Part shown: positions 8,145-18,179 of the stretch, piece after piece
How the letters are laid out: each line of letters opens with the position of its first letter
Numbering within the stretch: position 1 is the stretch's first letter
Source: Bacteroidia bacterium
GTDB lineage: Bacteria; Bacteroidota; Bacteroidia; 2-12-FULL-35-15
Direction: 5' to 3'
Length of the DNA stretch: 40,359 nt
NCBI GenBank assembly: GCA_016787165.1
Contig: JAEUTT010000353.1
Span: 1-40,359, forward strand
Position numbers and translations under genes: made by a program
Notes under the pieces: model-generated
Databases searched by the model: none
What the model was told of the DNA's origin: nothing
The model's input: the letters and a program-made list of their open reading frames with translations, nothing else

Positions 8145-9689
8145 TTACAACGGTATATTTCCGTGTTTTTTCTTTGGTAGTTTATCTACTTTATTTTTCA
8201 GCATATTAAATGCTTTAATTAATTTTTCGCGTGTGTCTTCTGGTTTTATGACTTCATCCACATAGCCTCTTTCTGCTGCTCTATAAGGATTAGCAAAGTG
8301 TTCAATGTATTCTTTTTCTTTTTCGGCAAGTTTAGCTGCCGGATCTTTAGCAGCAGCAATTTCTGCTTTAAATATAATTTCTGCCGCACCTTTTGCTCCC
8401 ATTACTGCAATTTCAGCACTTGGCCAAGCATAGTTCATGTCGGCTCCAATGTGTTTGCTGTTCATAACATCATATGCTCCACCGTAGGCTTTACGTGTAA
8501 TAACAGTAATACGCGGAACAGTTGCTTCGCTGAAAGCATACAATAATTTTGCTCCATTTGTGATAATGCCATGCCACTCTTGATCTGTTCCCGGCAAAAA
8601 GCCCGGTACATCTTCAAATACTAATAATGGAATATTAAAGCAATCGCAAAAGCGAACAAAACGCGCTGCTTTTGTTGATGAGTTTATATCCAACACACCC
8701 GCTAAAAATGCAGGTTGATTAGCCACAATACCAATACTTTTTCCTGCTAATCGTGCAAAACCAACCACAATATTTTCAGCATAATTTTTATGTACTTCTA
8801 AAAAAGAATCGCTATCAATTACTCCATTAATTACTTCACGAATATCGTAAGGTTGATTTGGATTTGCTGGAACAATGTTATTTAACTCGGGACGTTTTTC
8901 GCTTGCTGGAGCTTCGTATGGAACTCGAGGAGCATCATCCTCACAATTTTGAGGCATATAGCTCAACAATGCTTTGATGTTATTGATACATTCTATTTCG
9001 TTAGCACAAGAAAAATGTGTTACTCCCGATTTGCTTGAATGTGTGGATGCTCCACCTAACTCTTCGGAAGTTACTTCTTCGTGTGTTACTGTTTTTACTA
9101 CGTTTGGTCCTGTAACAAACATGTACGAAGTGTTTTCTACCATCATAATAAAGTCGGTAATGGCAGGAGAATATACTGCTCCACCGGCACATGGCCCCAT
9201 GATTGCCGAAAGCTGAGGAATAACCCCTGAAGCCAAAGTATTACGATAAAAAATATCAGCATAGCCACCAAGTGAAACAACTCCTTCTTGAATACGAGCA
9301 CCACCACTATCATTTAGTCCAATAACAGGTGCTCCATTTTTCATAGCCAAATCCATAATTTTACAAATTTTTTCGGCATGTGTTTCGGATAATGAACCAC
9401 CAAAAACAGTAAAATCTTGGGAAAAAACGTATACTAAACGACCATTGATGGTTCCATAGCCAGTAACAACACCATCGCCCAAGTATTTTTCGCGTTCTAA
9501 ACCAAATTCGGTAGAGCGATGTGTTACAAACATTCCAATCTCTTCAAAACTGCCTTCATCCAGCAAAAAGTGTAAACGTTCACGAGCTGTTAACTTCCCT
9601 TTTTTGTGTTGTGACTCTATACGCTTTTCACCTCCACCCAATTGTGCTTCAGCAATTTTTTTATCTAATTCTTGAATTTTCTTTTCCAT
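8145..9689 (-). CDS. Acyl-CoA carboxylase carboxyltransferase (beta) subunit, PccB/MmdA-like
   Basis: It shows the carboxyl_trans family pattern throughout: GKLTARERL..., [36 protein letters not shown], and ANQP..LAGVLD in the second half. I place the start at the ATG at 9689 (MEKKIQELD...), not the track's 9749. This gives 514 aa and leaves a -7 promoter box upstream. Confidence 0.9.
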   Translation of the reverse strand: MEKKIQELDKKIAEAQLGGGEKRIESQHKKGKLTARERLHFLLDEGSFEEIGMFVTHRSTEFGLEREKYLGDGVVTGYGTINGRLVYVFSQDFTVFGGSLSETHAEKICKIMDLAMKNGAPVIGLNDSGGARIQEGVVSLGGYADIFYRNTLASGVIPQLSAIMGPCAGGAVYSPAITDFIMMVENTSYMFVTGPNVVKTVTHEEVTSEELGGASTHSSKSGVTHFSCANEIECINNIKALLSYMPQNCEDDAPRVPYEAPASEKRPELNNIVPANPNQPYDIREVINGVIDSDSFLEVHKNYAENIVVGFARLAGKSIGIVANQPAFLAGVLDINSSTKAARFVRFCDCFNIPLLVFEDVPGFLPGTDQEWHGIITNGAKLLYAFSEATVPRITVITRKAYGGAYDVMNSKHIGADMNYAWPSAEIAVMGAKGAAEIIFKAEIAAAKDPAAKLAEKEKEYIEHFANPYRAAERGYVDEVIKPEDTREKLIKAFNMLKNKVDKLPKKKHGNIPL

Positions 9690-9724
9690 ATTAAAAAATA
9701 CTTTCGTTTTGTTTTTCGCTCGTC

Positions 9725-9732
9725 CAAAAGTA
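9725..9732 (-). promoter_or_regulatory. Candidate Bacteroidota -7 promoter box (TAnnTTTG) for the carboxyltransferase gene
   Basis: The minus strand reads tacttttg. The element ends about 36 nt upstream of the ATG at 9689 and lies inside the track's N-terminal extension. Confidence 0.35.
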
Positions 9733-9759
9733 ACAAAAAAAGTATTCATTTTTATTTAT

Positions 9760-9767
9760 TAAATTTG
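9760..9767 (+). promoter_or_regulatory. Candidate Bacteroidota -7 promoter box (TAnnTTTG) for the lrp-like gene
   Basis: taaatttg, 22 nt upstream of the ATG at 9789. Confidence 0.35.
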
Positions 9768-9788
9768 GTAAAACTAATCCCCTCAGTT

Positions 9789-10262
9789 ATGCAACTAAAT
9801 TTAGATAAATTAGATTTAAAAATTCTCAAAATACTTCAAGAGAATGCAAAAATTACTAATCTACAATTGTCTGAAGAAATTGGACTATCGCCTGCACCAA
9901 CCTTGGAGCGGGTAAAAAAGCTGGAAAAGCAAAAATTAATTAAAGGTTATTATACTCAGTTAGATAATGAAGCATTAGGAATTGGGATAACCGCCATTAT
10001 TCAAATAACATTAACACGACAAGTGGAAAATGCCATTGTAACGTTTAAAAAAGAAATCAATAAAATTCCTGAAATTATGGAGTGTTATCAGGTTACTGGG
10101 AATGCCGACTATGTGTTGATAGTAATGCTAAAAGACATTCGTGCATTTGAAGAGTTGATTAGTCAGCGTTTGAGTAAAATGGAAGAAATAGGACAAATGC
10201 AAACAATGGTTGTTCTTTCAAAACCCAAAGATTCAAAAATTTTACCATTAGATTATCAATGA
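9789..10262 (+). CDS. Lrp/AsnC family transcriptional regulator
   Basis: The sequence from the ATG at 9789, MQLNLDKLDLKILKILQENAKITNLQLSEEIGLSPAPTLERVKKLEKQKLIKGY..., is a canonical HTH_AsnC plus AsnC_trans_reg layout of 157 aa. The track's 39-aa extension from 9672 overlaps the divergent gene and contains the promoter box. Confidence 0.85.
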   Translation: MQLNLDKLDLKILKILQENAKITNLQLSEEIGLSPAPTLERVKKLEKQKLIKGYYTQLDNEALGIGITAIIQITLTRQVENAIVTFKKEINKIPEIMECYQVTGNADYVLIVMLKDIRAFEELISQRLSKMEEIGQMQTMVVLSKPKDSKILPLDYQ

Positions 10263-10615
10263 ATATAGAAGAGTTAAGAGACTATTGTATTTCCAAAAAA
10301 GGAGTAGAAGAAACGATGCCTTTTGGTCCGAATACGCTTGTATTCAAAGTAATGGGAAAGGCTTTTTTGTTAACAGGATTAGATGAATTAAGCTTGCAGT
10401 TTAATGTAAAATGCAATCCTGAGTATGCTATTGAACTTCGCGAAAAATATTCTTGTGTAATTCCCGGATACCATATGAATAAAAAACATTGGAATACAAT
10501 TTTGGTTGATGGATCTGTTCCTGAAATATTACTTTATGAATGGATTAATCATTCCTATAATTTGGTTGTGGAAGGGTTAACAAAAAAAGACAAAGAAATT
10601 TTGTTGAAACTTTAA
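10259..10615 (+). CDS. MmcQ/YjbR family DNA-binding-fold protein
   Basis: 118 aa with MNIEELRDYCISKKGVEETMPFGPNTLVFKV.GKAF... and ...YHMNKKHWNTI, typical of YjbR (COG2315). Its start overlaps the lrp stop codon in ATGA (10259-10262). Confidence 0.75.
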   Translation: MNIEELRDYCISKKGVEETMPFGPNTLVFKVMGKAFLLTGLDELSLQFNVKCNPEYAIELREKYSCVIPGYHMNKKHWNTILVDGSVPEILLYEWINHSYNLVVEGLTKKDKEILLKL

Positions 10616-10640
10616 TCCCATCCAAGCCTTATATTTTGAG

Positions 10641-10648
10641 TATTTTTG
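10641..10648 (+). promoter_or_regulatory. Candidate -7 promoter box (TAnnTTTG)
   Basis: tatttttg, 18 nt upstream of the ATG at 10666. Confidence 0.3.
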
Positions 10649-10665
10649 TGAAATAATCAAAAGCC

Positions 10666-11241
10666 ATGACAAAACTTATACGTTATTTTATTCAAGGATT
10701 AATCATAACGGTTCCTATTGGAATTACAGCCATTGTAATTTACAAAGTATTTTCATGGTTCTTTTCGTTGTTTTCTGTTTTTGGAACCATTGTTAGTCCT
10801 GTAGTCGACCCTCTCATTATTTTAATTTTAGGAGTTGTATTAATTTTGTTAATGGGTTTACTTGGCTCATCCATTATACTACGCCCGATATTTTCATTGT
10901 TTGATGCAACATTGGAAAATACACCCGTTGTAAAAACGGTTTACAGTTCAATCAAAGATTTTATGAGTGCTTTTGTTGGGAGCAAAAAAAGATTTAATAA
11001 ACCTGTTTTGATTACTATTAATAAAGAAAACAATATTCAACAGTTGGGCTTTATTACAAAAGAAGATTTATCCGAATTAAATATTGGGAAAGATACTGTT
11101 GCCGTTTATGTTCCGCTTTCTTATTCTATTTCCGGAAATTTATTAATTGTTCCTACCGACCATATAACCATTGTAGACGCTTCGTCACCAGAGGTAATGA
11201 AATTTATTGTTTCGGGTGGTGTTACTGATATTGATGATTAA
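10666..11241 (+). CDS. DUF502 family membrane protein
   Basis: 191 aa with two N-terminal TM helices (GLIITVPIGITAIVIYKVF, PLIILILGVVLILLMGLLG). These are followed by ...PVVKTVYSSIKDF... and a soluble C-terminal domain, the layout of DUF502/COG2928. Confidence 0.7.
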   Translation: MTKLIRYFIQGLIITVPIGITAIVIYKVFSWFFSLFSVFGTIVSPVVDPLIILILGVVLILLMGLLGSSIILRPIFSLFDATLENTPVVKTVYSSIKDFMSAFVGSKKRFNKPVLITINKENNIQQLGFITKEDLSELNIGKDTVAVYVPLSYSISGNLLIVPTDHITIVDASSPEVMKFIVSGGVTDIDD

Positions 11242-11317
11242 ATATTTGTTTTGCCTAAAAAATTGTTTAACTTGTGCATATATTAACGCAATTAGTGTAA
11301 CCAAAAAGTAAAAACAC

Positions 11318-11989
11318 ATGAAAAAAATACTTACAATAGCATTTGCTCTTACAGTAGGATTAAATGCCACAGCACAAAAAATTAAAGTAAAAGAAGGAAA
11401 AGAAAACATAGGAGGGGGAAGTAATAACTCTTTTACAGTTACCTTGTTTGAAATAAGTCCTTCAGATGCCGAAGAAGCATTTCGCTCATATATGAAACAA
11501 TATGATGGAAAACGTTCATCAAAAGATGGAGGTATTTTTATTGATAATGCTACTATCAAAGAAATAAGCGGAAATAACACAATAGATATTTATGGAAAAG
11601 CACAAGGAAAAAAAGGCGATAAAGAAATCACATTTGTTGTTGCCTTTGATTTAGGTGGAGCTTTTTTAAACTCGGGCGACCATAAAAGCGAAGCAAAAAC
11701 AGCAGAAAAAATCGTAAAAGATTTTGCGGTAAAAGCTACTAAAGATGTAATTGAAGAGCAATTGAAAGATGCTAAAAAAGCACAAGGGAAACTAGAAGAT
11801 GATCAAAAAGATTTAGAAAAAGAAAAATCTAAACTAGAAAAAGATATAGAAGATTATAAATCAAAAATTAAAAAGGCAGAAGATGATATTGTAAAAAATA
11901 AATCAAACCAAGACAAGAAAAAAGGAGAAATAGAAGCACAGAAAAAAGTGGTAGATGATGTAGATAAAAAATTAAAAGCGGTTGATTAG
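11318..11989 (+). CDS. Hypothetical secreted protein with a C-terminal K/E/D-rich coiled coil
   Basis: Signal peptide MKKILTIAFALTVGLNATAQ. The C-terminal 90 aa or so are charged and heptad-like. I recognise no family. Confidence 0.55.
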   Translation: MKKILTIAFALTVGLNATAQKIKVKEGKENIGGGSNNSFTVTLFEISPSDAEEAFRSYMKQYDGKRSSKDGGIFIDNATIKEISGNNTIDIYGKAQGKKGDKEITFVVAFDLGGAFLNSGDHKSEAKTAEKIVKDFAVKATKDVIEEQLKDAKKAQGKLEDDQKDLEKEKSKLEKDIEDYKSKIKKAEDDIVKNKSNQDKKKGEIEAQKKVVDDVDKKLKAVD

Positions 11990-12017
11990 TTTTTTTCACA
12001 ACAGAGACACCAAGAAC

Positions 12018-12059
12018 GCGAAGGGGGTGAAAACTGTTTCGGGGGAAACCCACTTTCGC
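12018..12059. terminator. GC-rich imperfect stem-loop between convergent genes
   Basis: gcgaagggggtg...cacccactttcgc forms a stem of about 12 bp with one wobble and one mismatch. There is an inner gtttc/gaaac hairpin, followed on the + strand by T-rich sequence. The local GC content stands out from the AT-rich surroundings. Confidence 0.35.
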
Positions 12060-12077
12060 TATTTACTTTTTTGTTTG

Positions 12078-13178
12078 CTAATTTAATTTATACACCTTCC
12101 CGGGAAGTGATTTTACTAAACCGGAAAACTCTAAGCTTAGCAAAAGGGATGAAACTTTACTCATTGGCATTTTTGCCGAAAAACACAAATCATCAATGTT
12201 AATTGATTCTTTTTGTTTAAGTACATTTATAATTAATTCTTCTTCGGGTTTTAGTTCTACAAACAGTTGTTTTTGAACATTCCCTTTTTTCAGTTTTTTT
12301 TGTTCCCAGCCCAATAAATAAATAATATCAGCTGCAGATTGTACCAGCGCTGCTTTGTTTTGTTTGATAAGCGCATTACAACCTTCTGAGGTGACATCAT
12401 TTACTCTGCCAGGAAAAGCAAATACATCTCTATTATAACTATTAGCAATATCGGCCGTTATTAAAGAGCCTCCACCTTTTTTTGATTCAATAACAATGGT
12501 GGCATCGGATATTCCTGCAACAATTCTATTTCGTCTCGGAAAGTTTTCTGCATTGGGTTTGGTATTACTTGTAAAATCAGTAAGTAATCCTCCATTTTCA
12601 AGCATTCTATCGGCTGTTGACTTATGTATGGCAGGATAAATTTTATCCAAGCCATGTGCTATCACACCAATTGTTGGAAGGCTATTTTTTAATGCTGCTT
12701 TATGTGCACAAATATCTATTCCATAAGCCAAGCCGCTTACAATTAAAACATCTAATTCTTTCAAATCTTCAATAAGCTTATTGCAAATGGTATTGCCATA
12801 GTCGGTACTTTCTCTGGTGCCTACAACACTAATTATCTTTTGAGTATTAAAATTTGCTTCTCCTTTAAAATACATCATAATTGGCCCATCTTCACATTGT
12901 AACAGACGTTTGGGGTAATTGCTATCCAAATAAAAAATGGATTGAATTTTATTTTTTTCAATAAATTTAATTTCTTCCTCGGCTCGGTTAAACACTTTTT
13001 GATTGATTACAGCTGCTGCATAAAAACTGCCTATTCCCGGTATCTTTTCTAAAGCCGATTTTTTTTCATTAAAAACAGCTTCTACGCTTCCACAATAGGC
13101 TACAAGCCTTTTGGCTAACACATCCCCAATGTTTGGAATTAACGAAAGTGCAATTTTATAAACAAGCTTTTCCGACAT
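12078..13178 (-). CDS. dprA: DNA-processing protein DprA (Smf)
   Basis: 366 aa. MSEKLVYKIALSLIPNIGDVLAKRL..., then the Rossmann-like core VVGTR..T.YG...LVSGLAYGID..AH..AL. and ...GGSL.TA, and a C-terminal winged-helix-like tail. Confidence 0.9.
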   Translation of the reverse strand: MSEKLVYKIALSLIPNIGDVLAKRLVAYCGSVEAVFNEKKSALEKIPGIGSFYAAAVINQKVFNRAEEEIKFIEKNKIQSIFYLDSNYPKRLLQCEDGPIMMYFKGEANFNTQKIISVVGTRESTDYGNTICNKLIEDLKELDVLIVSGLAYGIDICAHKAALKNSLPTIGVIAHGLDKIYPAIHKSTADRMLENGGLLTDFTSNTKPNAENFPRRNRIVAGISDATIVIESKKGGGSLITADIANSYNRDVFAFPGRVNDVTSEGCNALIKQNKAALVQSAADIIYLLGWEQKKLKKGNVQKQLFVELKPEEELIINVLKQKESINIDDLCFSAKMPMSKVSSLLLSLEFSGLVKSLPGKVYKLN

Positions 13179-13256
13179 ACTTTTTAATTATTAAAATTCT
13201 TTTTACATTGCACTAACATTAATTTATTTGTTGTACAAAATTAACATACAAACTAA

Positions 13257-15557
13257 ATGAAAAAAATTCTTACTCCACTATTTTTCATTCAAGCTATTGG
13301 CAGTTTATTTTCACAAACGGCTTATGTAAAAGGTAAAATTACCGATTCTAAAACAAAAGAAACCATTGTTGGTGCAAATGTAGTTTTAAATGCTACATCA
13401 GGCTCTGCTACAGATATTGACGGGAACTATTTTTTAACAGTTACTGCCGGAAAAAATAAATTAGAATATAAAATGGTGGGATATAAAACCCAATTAAAAA
13501 ACATAGAGCTGAACGAAAATGACACATTGATTAACAATGTAGTTTTAGAGCCAGACTCCAAACAATTAGATGTAGTGGTAGTTTCTGCCGGTCGGTATGA
13601 ACAAAAATTAGGTGAGGTAACTGTTTCAATGGAGGTGATAAAACCCAGTTTAATTGAAAACAAAAATGTGTCTAATGTTCAAGGTGTACTGGACCAGGTT
13701 CCTGGTGTAAATATTATTGATGAGCAAGCAAACATTAGAGGTGGTAGCGGTTTTAGTTATGGTGCCGGTAGTCGTGTACTTATGTTGGTAGATGAAATGC
13801 CAATGCTTACAGCTGATGCTGGTGATGTAAAATGGAGCTTTTTACCAATTGAAAACTGTGAGCAAATAGAAGTTATTAAAGGGGCGTCATCTGCTTTGTA
13901 TGGATCTTCGGCTTTAAATGGGGTAATTAATTTTAGAACAGCTTATCCGAAAGATGAACCTGAAACAAAAATTATTTTTAATGCAGGTGTATTTGATAAA
14001 CCAAAACGTAAAGAGCTTGTTTGGTGGAAAGATGCTAATCCAGCTTATTCGGGAGTAAATTTTTATCATTCACAAAAAGTAAAAAATTTGGATGTGGTAG
14101 TAGCCGGAAATATGTTTACCGATGAAGGCTATAGACAGCTTGAAACAGAACAGCGTTACCGAGGAAACATTAATTTACGTTACCGATTTAAAAAAATTCA
14201 AGGTTTATCGGTTGGTGTAAATGCAAACACTATGCGCACAACCGGAGGATTGTTTTTAATATGGCAAAATGCTGATTCGGGAGCATATCGCCCTGCGGGT
14301 GGTGATTTAAGTCATTATAAAACGTATCGTACTAATATTGATCCTTACATAAATTATTATACTAAAAACGGAGGCAAACACTCTTTAAGAACTCGTTTTT
14401 TTAGAACTAAAAATTTAAACACTACCAATCAAGAATCTACTGCCGATGTTTATTATAGCGAGTATCAATTCAATAAACGATTTAAAAATAACTTAGTGGT
14501 AACCACTGGCTTGGTGTATAATTATAACGAAATACATTCGGGCGATTTGTATGGAACTCACTTTAGTAGTAATGTGTCGGCTTATGTGCAGTTGGATAAA
14601 AAGTTTTTTAATAAACTAAATGTATCGTTTGGTATAAGAGGAGAATACTTTAAAACAGATACAGTAGAAACAAGAGAAGATATTTATTTATTTATGGATA
14701 GGTCAAAGCCAATTTATAAAAGTTCTCCCGTGAAGCCAGTTTCGCGTTTAGGATTAAATTATCAAGCATTGAGTTCAACTTTTATTCGTGCATCTTTCGG
14801 ACAAGGATTTCGATTTCCTTCTGTTGCTGAGCGATTTATTCGTACAAGTGCTAGCGGCTTGGAAATTTATCCGAATGATAGTTTAAAACCGGAGAGTGGT
14901 TGGAGTGCTGAAATTGGAATTAAGCAAGGACTTAAATTGGGTAACTGGAAAGGCTTTTTAGACATTGCTGGGTTTTGGACAGAATATAGTAATATGATGG
15001 AGTTTGCATTTGGACAGTGGGGTGGTTTTACTGAGCCTAGTTTTGGTATTGGATTTAAATCGCGAAACATAGGAAATACCCGTATTACAGGAGTTGATGT
15101 TTCATTAATGGGACAAGGTAAAATTGGTGAAATAACAGTAAATGCATTGCTTGGTTATACATACATTGTTCCTATAAAAACCGATTTTAATGAAGCAAAA
15201 GACACAGCATTAGGTTCTACAACAAAAAATGTATTGAAATACAGATGGCGCCATACCGCTAAATCAGACATTGAACTAGGTTACAAAAAAGTGATGTTTG
15301 GATTTAGTTGTAGATACAATAGTTACATGGAAAACATTGATCGCTTTTTCTTGTATGCTATACCAGGAATAAAAGAATACAGAGGTAAAAATAAAGATGG
15401 TGATTGGGTTTTTGATGCACGCTTATCTTATCAAGTACACAAAAATGCAAAGGTTGCATTTATTGTAAATAACATATTTAATCGTGAATACATTAGTCGA
15501 CCTGCTGATTTACAACCTCCTCGCTCTTTTGCGGTTCAGTTAAGTGTGAAACTATAA
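13257..15557 (+). CDS. TonB-dependent outer-membrane receptor (CarboxypepD_reg N-terminal domain, plug, beta-barrel)
   Basis: Signal peptide, then YVKGKITDSKTKETIVGANVVL (carboxypeptidase regulatory-like domain). The plug region carries IEVIKGASSALYGSSALNGVINF. A long barrel follows, ending in an aromatic-rich C-terminus ...PRSFAVQLSVKL. No SusD-like partner is adjacent. Confidence 0.85.
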   Translation: MKKILTPLFFIQAIGSLFSQTAYVKGKITDSKTKETIVGANVVLNATSGSATDIDGNYFLTVTAGKNKLEYKMVGYKTQLKNIELNENDTLINNVVLEPDSKQLDVVVVSAGRYEQKLGEVTVSMEVIKPSLIENKNVSNVQGVLDQVPGVNIIDEQANIRGGSGFSYGAGSRVLMLVDEMPMLTADAGDVKWSFLPIENCEQIEVIKGASSALYGSSALNGVINFRTAYPKDEPETKIIFNAGVFDKPKRKELVWWKDANPAYSGVNFYHSQKVKNLDVVVAGNMFTDEGYRQLETEQRYRGNINLRYRFKKIQGLSVGVNANTMRTTGGLFLIWQNADSGAYRPAGGDLSHYKTYRTNIDPYINYYTKNGGKHSLRTRFFRTKNLNTTNQESTADVYYSEYQFNKRFKNNLVVTTGLVYNYNEIHSGDLYGTHFSSNVSAYVQLDKKFFNKLNVSFGIRGEYFKTDTVETREDIYLFMDRSKPIYKSSPVKPVSRLGLNYQALSSTFIRASFGQGFRFPSVAERFIRTSASGLEIYPNDSLKPESGWSAEIGIKQGLKLGNWKGFLDIAGFWTEYSNMMEFAFGQWGGFTEPSFGIGFKSRNIGNTRITGVDVSLMGQGKIGEITVNALLGYTYIVPIKTDFNEAKDTALGSTTKNVLKYRWRHTAKSDIELGYKKVMFGFSCRYNSYMENIDRFFLYAIPGIKEYRGKNKDGDWVFDARLSYQVHKNAKVAFIVNNIFNREYISRPADLQPPRSFAVQLSVKL

Positions 15558-15691
15558 GCAACTGTTTAACGTTGATAAACTAATTTTAATGGTATCACAA
15601 TTGTCATTTCGACCAGAGGGAGAAATCGCTTGTTTTAAATGGTTTTTCACTTTCCGATTCATTTGGCTAGAGCTATCTGGGAATAATAAAT

Positions 15692-16162
15692 TTATTTTCC
15701 AGATGAAGGATGGTTTCTTGTTTGTATTTTATTTTTTGAAACAATGGCACAGGTAAATCTACTTATGCAAGTAAGCTCATGGTTATCGTTGTAAATTTTA
15801 ATTTCCCATATATGATTCATTCCTTTTACATGAATTGGCTTGCAGATGGCTGTAACAGTTCCGTTTGTAACTGCTTTAATGTGATTGGCATTAATTTCAA
15901 TTCCAACACCAATAAATAATTCGGGATTAACACATAACCAAGATGCAATACTACCCAGTGTTTCGGCTAAAGCAACGGACGCTCCACCATGCAATAATCC
16001 AAATGGCTGTTTGGTTCTTTCATCCACAGGCATAGTTCCTTTTATATAATCATTTCCTATTTCGGTAACGCGAATGTGTAGTGAGTCGGCAAGCGTATTT
16101 GCATTCATCCAATCTAAATCAGCAACTGTAGGATTGCCGTACCATATTTTTTGTTCGCTCAT
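15692..16162 (-). CDS. PaaI/YbdB-type hotdog-fold acyl-CoA thioesterase
   Basis: 156 aa. The motif QPFGLLHGGASVALAETLGS is characteristic of the TIGR00369/PaaI thioesterase group, which includes DHNA-CoA and EntH-like enzymes. The gene lies 6 nt downstream of dnaG. Confidence 0.8.
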   Translation of the reverse strand: MSEQKIWYGNPTVADLDWMNANTLADSLHIRVTEIGNDYIKGTMPVDERTKQPFGLLHGGASVALAETLGSIASWLCVNPELFIGVGIEINANHIKAVTNGTVTAICKPIHVKGMNHIWEIKIYNDNHELTCISRFTCAIVSKNKIQTRNHPSSGK

Positions 16163-16168
16163 AAAAAA

Positions 16169-18172
16169 TTATTTTACTATGATTCTTCCTAATAAGGCAT
16201 TGAATTCTTTTTTTGCTTCTAATAATTGATGTTGTGTTTGCATCAGTTGAATTAACTCTTCTTCAGGCGGGTTTTCTTTTAATCGTTTTTGAATATCATA
16301 AATCATCATTTCTAATCGCCTGCTTTTTAGTGCATATACCGCATTTAAAACCGATTTTTTTAAAATGTCCTCTTCCATAGTAATGTAAATACTATGTTGT
16401 TCCCAATTGGATAAGGAGTACGGACTGCTCATTAAATCAACCGTTAATGATGCAATGGCACTGTTTTCATGTGCAATAAAAAAATTATAATCCGGAATAA
16501 AATTGTTTTCGAGTTGTGCTACAAACTCATTGTAGATACTGTTGTAAAGTAAATTTTCAAGAACAATATTATCATTTTGCAATTCATGAATTAATAAATA
16601 GGCAACACTTACGCCAATTTCGATTGGCGTTCCATCTTCTTCTTGGGAATCTACTCGTACTTCTTTATTTCCATAATTAATAAGTATTCGAATAATGTCA
16701 CGTTCTTGATGTTCAGCATCAGCAATGGAATGTTCTTTTTTTTCTTCTAAAACAAATTCATCTACTGTTTGCTGTTGTTCTGCTGTTTCACTTGTTTGAT
16801 TCCGCTTTTCGTTATATTTTTTGCTTCTTATTTTATTTAGCTCATTTAATAATACATGTTCTTCCACATCCATTATTCTGCTACACTCTTTTACATATAC
16901 CGAGCGATAAATAGCTTCAGGAATAAGCGCAATGCTTTCTACAATATCTTTTATTAATCCTGCTTTTTTGATGGGGTCATTTTTTACTTCATTCATTAAC
17001 AAATTTGTTTTGAATGAAATAAAATCTTTAGAATTATTTTTTATAAAATCTTTTAATTCTTCGGAGCTAACTTTTTTAGAATATGAATCAGGGTCATCAC
17101 CATCAGGGAAGAGTAATACTTTTACATTTAAGCCTTCTTCTAAAATTAAGTCAATTCCTCTAAAACTAGCTTTAATTCCGGCACTATCGCCATCATATAA
17201 AATGGTAATGTTATTGGTAAAACGTCTGATTAATTTTATTTGACCATGTGTTAAGGAAGTTCCGCTGCTTGCTACTACATTTTCAATTCCTGCTTGATGC
17301 ATGGAGATTACATCAGTATAGCCTTCAACTAAAAAGCAATTATCTTGACTTACAATTTCTTTTTTTGCAAAATAAACTCCGTACAAAACATCACTCTTGT
17401 GATAAATTTCTGTTTCGGGAGAGTTAATATACTTTGCAATTTTTTTGGTATCGGTACGTAAGGTTCTTCCTCCAAAAGCTATAACACGACCACTGATATT
17501 GTGAATAGGAAACATTACTCGTCCCCAAAAACGATCGGAATATTTTACTTCTTGATTTTGTTCGTTTGTTTCTGTTTCATTTTCATGTTCTCTGTCGTTT
17601 CGATATTCAATAGTTAAGCCGGCTTTTACTAAGTATTCCATTTTATGGCCTGTTGCCATGGCTATATCGCTAAATGCACTTCGGTGATTGATGCTATAGC
17701 CTAACTGAAATTTTTGGATAATATCTTCTCTAAACCCTCTTTCTTTAAAGTATCCTAGCCCAACCGATTTTCCTTCATCGGTGTTGTATAAATTTTCCGA
17801 AAAATGCTTTTGTGCAAAGGATGAAACAACAAATAAACTTTCTCTATCGTTGTTTGATTGAATTTGTTCGGGTGATTGTTCTTGCTCTGTAATTTCAATG
17901 CTGTACTTTTTTGCTAAGTATCGTAAGGCATCTGGATAGGTCATTTTTTCTTTCTCCATTAAAAAATTAACGGAGTTTCCGCCTTTACCACATCCAAAAC
18001 ATTTGCAAATTCCTTTGGCAGGTGATACATAAAATGAAGGCGTTTTTTCATCATGAAAAGGACATAAGCCAATCAGGTTGGCTCCTCTTTTTTTGAGTGC
18101 CACATAATCGCCCACCACCTCTTCAATTCGAGCAGCATCAAAAATTCGGTCTATGTCTTCTTTTGTAATCAT
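16169..18172 (-). CDS. dnaG: DNA primase
   Basis: 667 aa. Zinc-ribbon CPFHDEKTPSFYVSPAKGICKCFGCGKGGN, the Toprim motifs LVEGYTDV and YDGDSAG, and a C-terminal helicase-interaction-like region. Confidence 0.95.
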   Translation of the reverse strand: MITKEDIDRIFDAARIEEVVGDYVALKKRGANLIGLCPFHDEKTPSFYVSPAKGICKCFGCGKGGNSVNFLMEKEKMTYPDALRYLAKKYSIEITEQEQSPEQIQSNNDRESLFVVSSFAQKHFSENLYNTDEGKSVGLGYFKERGFREDIIQKFQLGYSINHRSAFSDIAMATGHKMEYLVKAGLTIEYRNDREHENETETNEQNQEVKYSDRFWGRVMFPIHNISGRVIAFGGRTLRTDTKKIAKYINSPETEIYHKSDVLYGVYFAKKEIVSQDNCFLVEGYTDVISMHQAGIENVVASSGTSLTHGQIKLIRRFTNNITILYDGDSAGIKASFRGIDLILEEGLNVKVLLFPDGDDPDSYSKKVSSEELKDFIKNNSKDFISFKTNLLMNEVKNDPIKKAGLIKDIVESIALIPEAIYRSVYVKECSRIMDVEEHVLLNELNKIRSKKYNEKRNQTSETAEQQQTVDEFVLEEKKEHSIADAEHQERDIIRILINYGNKEVRVDSQEEDGTPIEIGVSVAYLLIHELQNDNIVLENLLYNSIYNEFVAQLENNFIPDYNFFIAHENSAIASLTVDLMSSPYSLSNWEQHSIYITMEEDILKKSVLNAVYALKSRRLEMMIYDIQKRLKENPPEEELIQLMQTQHQLLEAKKEFNALLGRIIVK

Positions 18173-18179
18173 TGTAAAT

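Noticed and set aside
9690-9749. 20-aa N-terminal extension of the carboxyltransferase ([20 protein letters not shown]), and the matching 39-aa extension of the Lrp-like ORF (9672-9788)
   Set aside because: The two extensions overlap each other and contain the candidate -7 promoter boxes. They are not typical N-termini for either family.
11185-11580. 131-aa minus-strand ORF bridging two plus-strand genes
   Set aside because: It overlaps the 3' end of the DUF502 gene, the intergenic region and the 5' part of the next gene in antisense. The sequence is hydrophobic and low-complexity, with no supporting motifs.
12001-12060. GC-rich island considered as a tRNA fragment or integration (att) remnant
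   Set aside because: I could not build a cloverleaf or find an anticodon arm, and no integrase or direct repeat is nearby. A stem-loop or terminator between the convergent genes explains it better.
16932-17243. 103-aa plus-strand ORF inside dnaG
   Set aside because: It lies entirely antisense to the strongly supported DNA primase gene.
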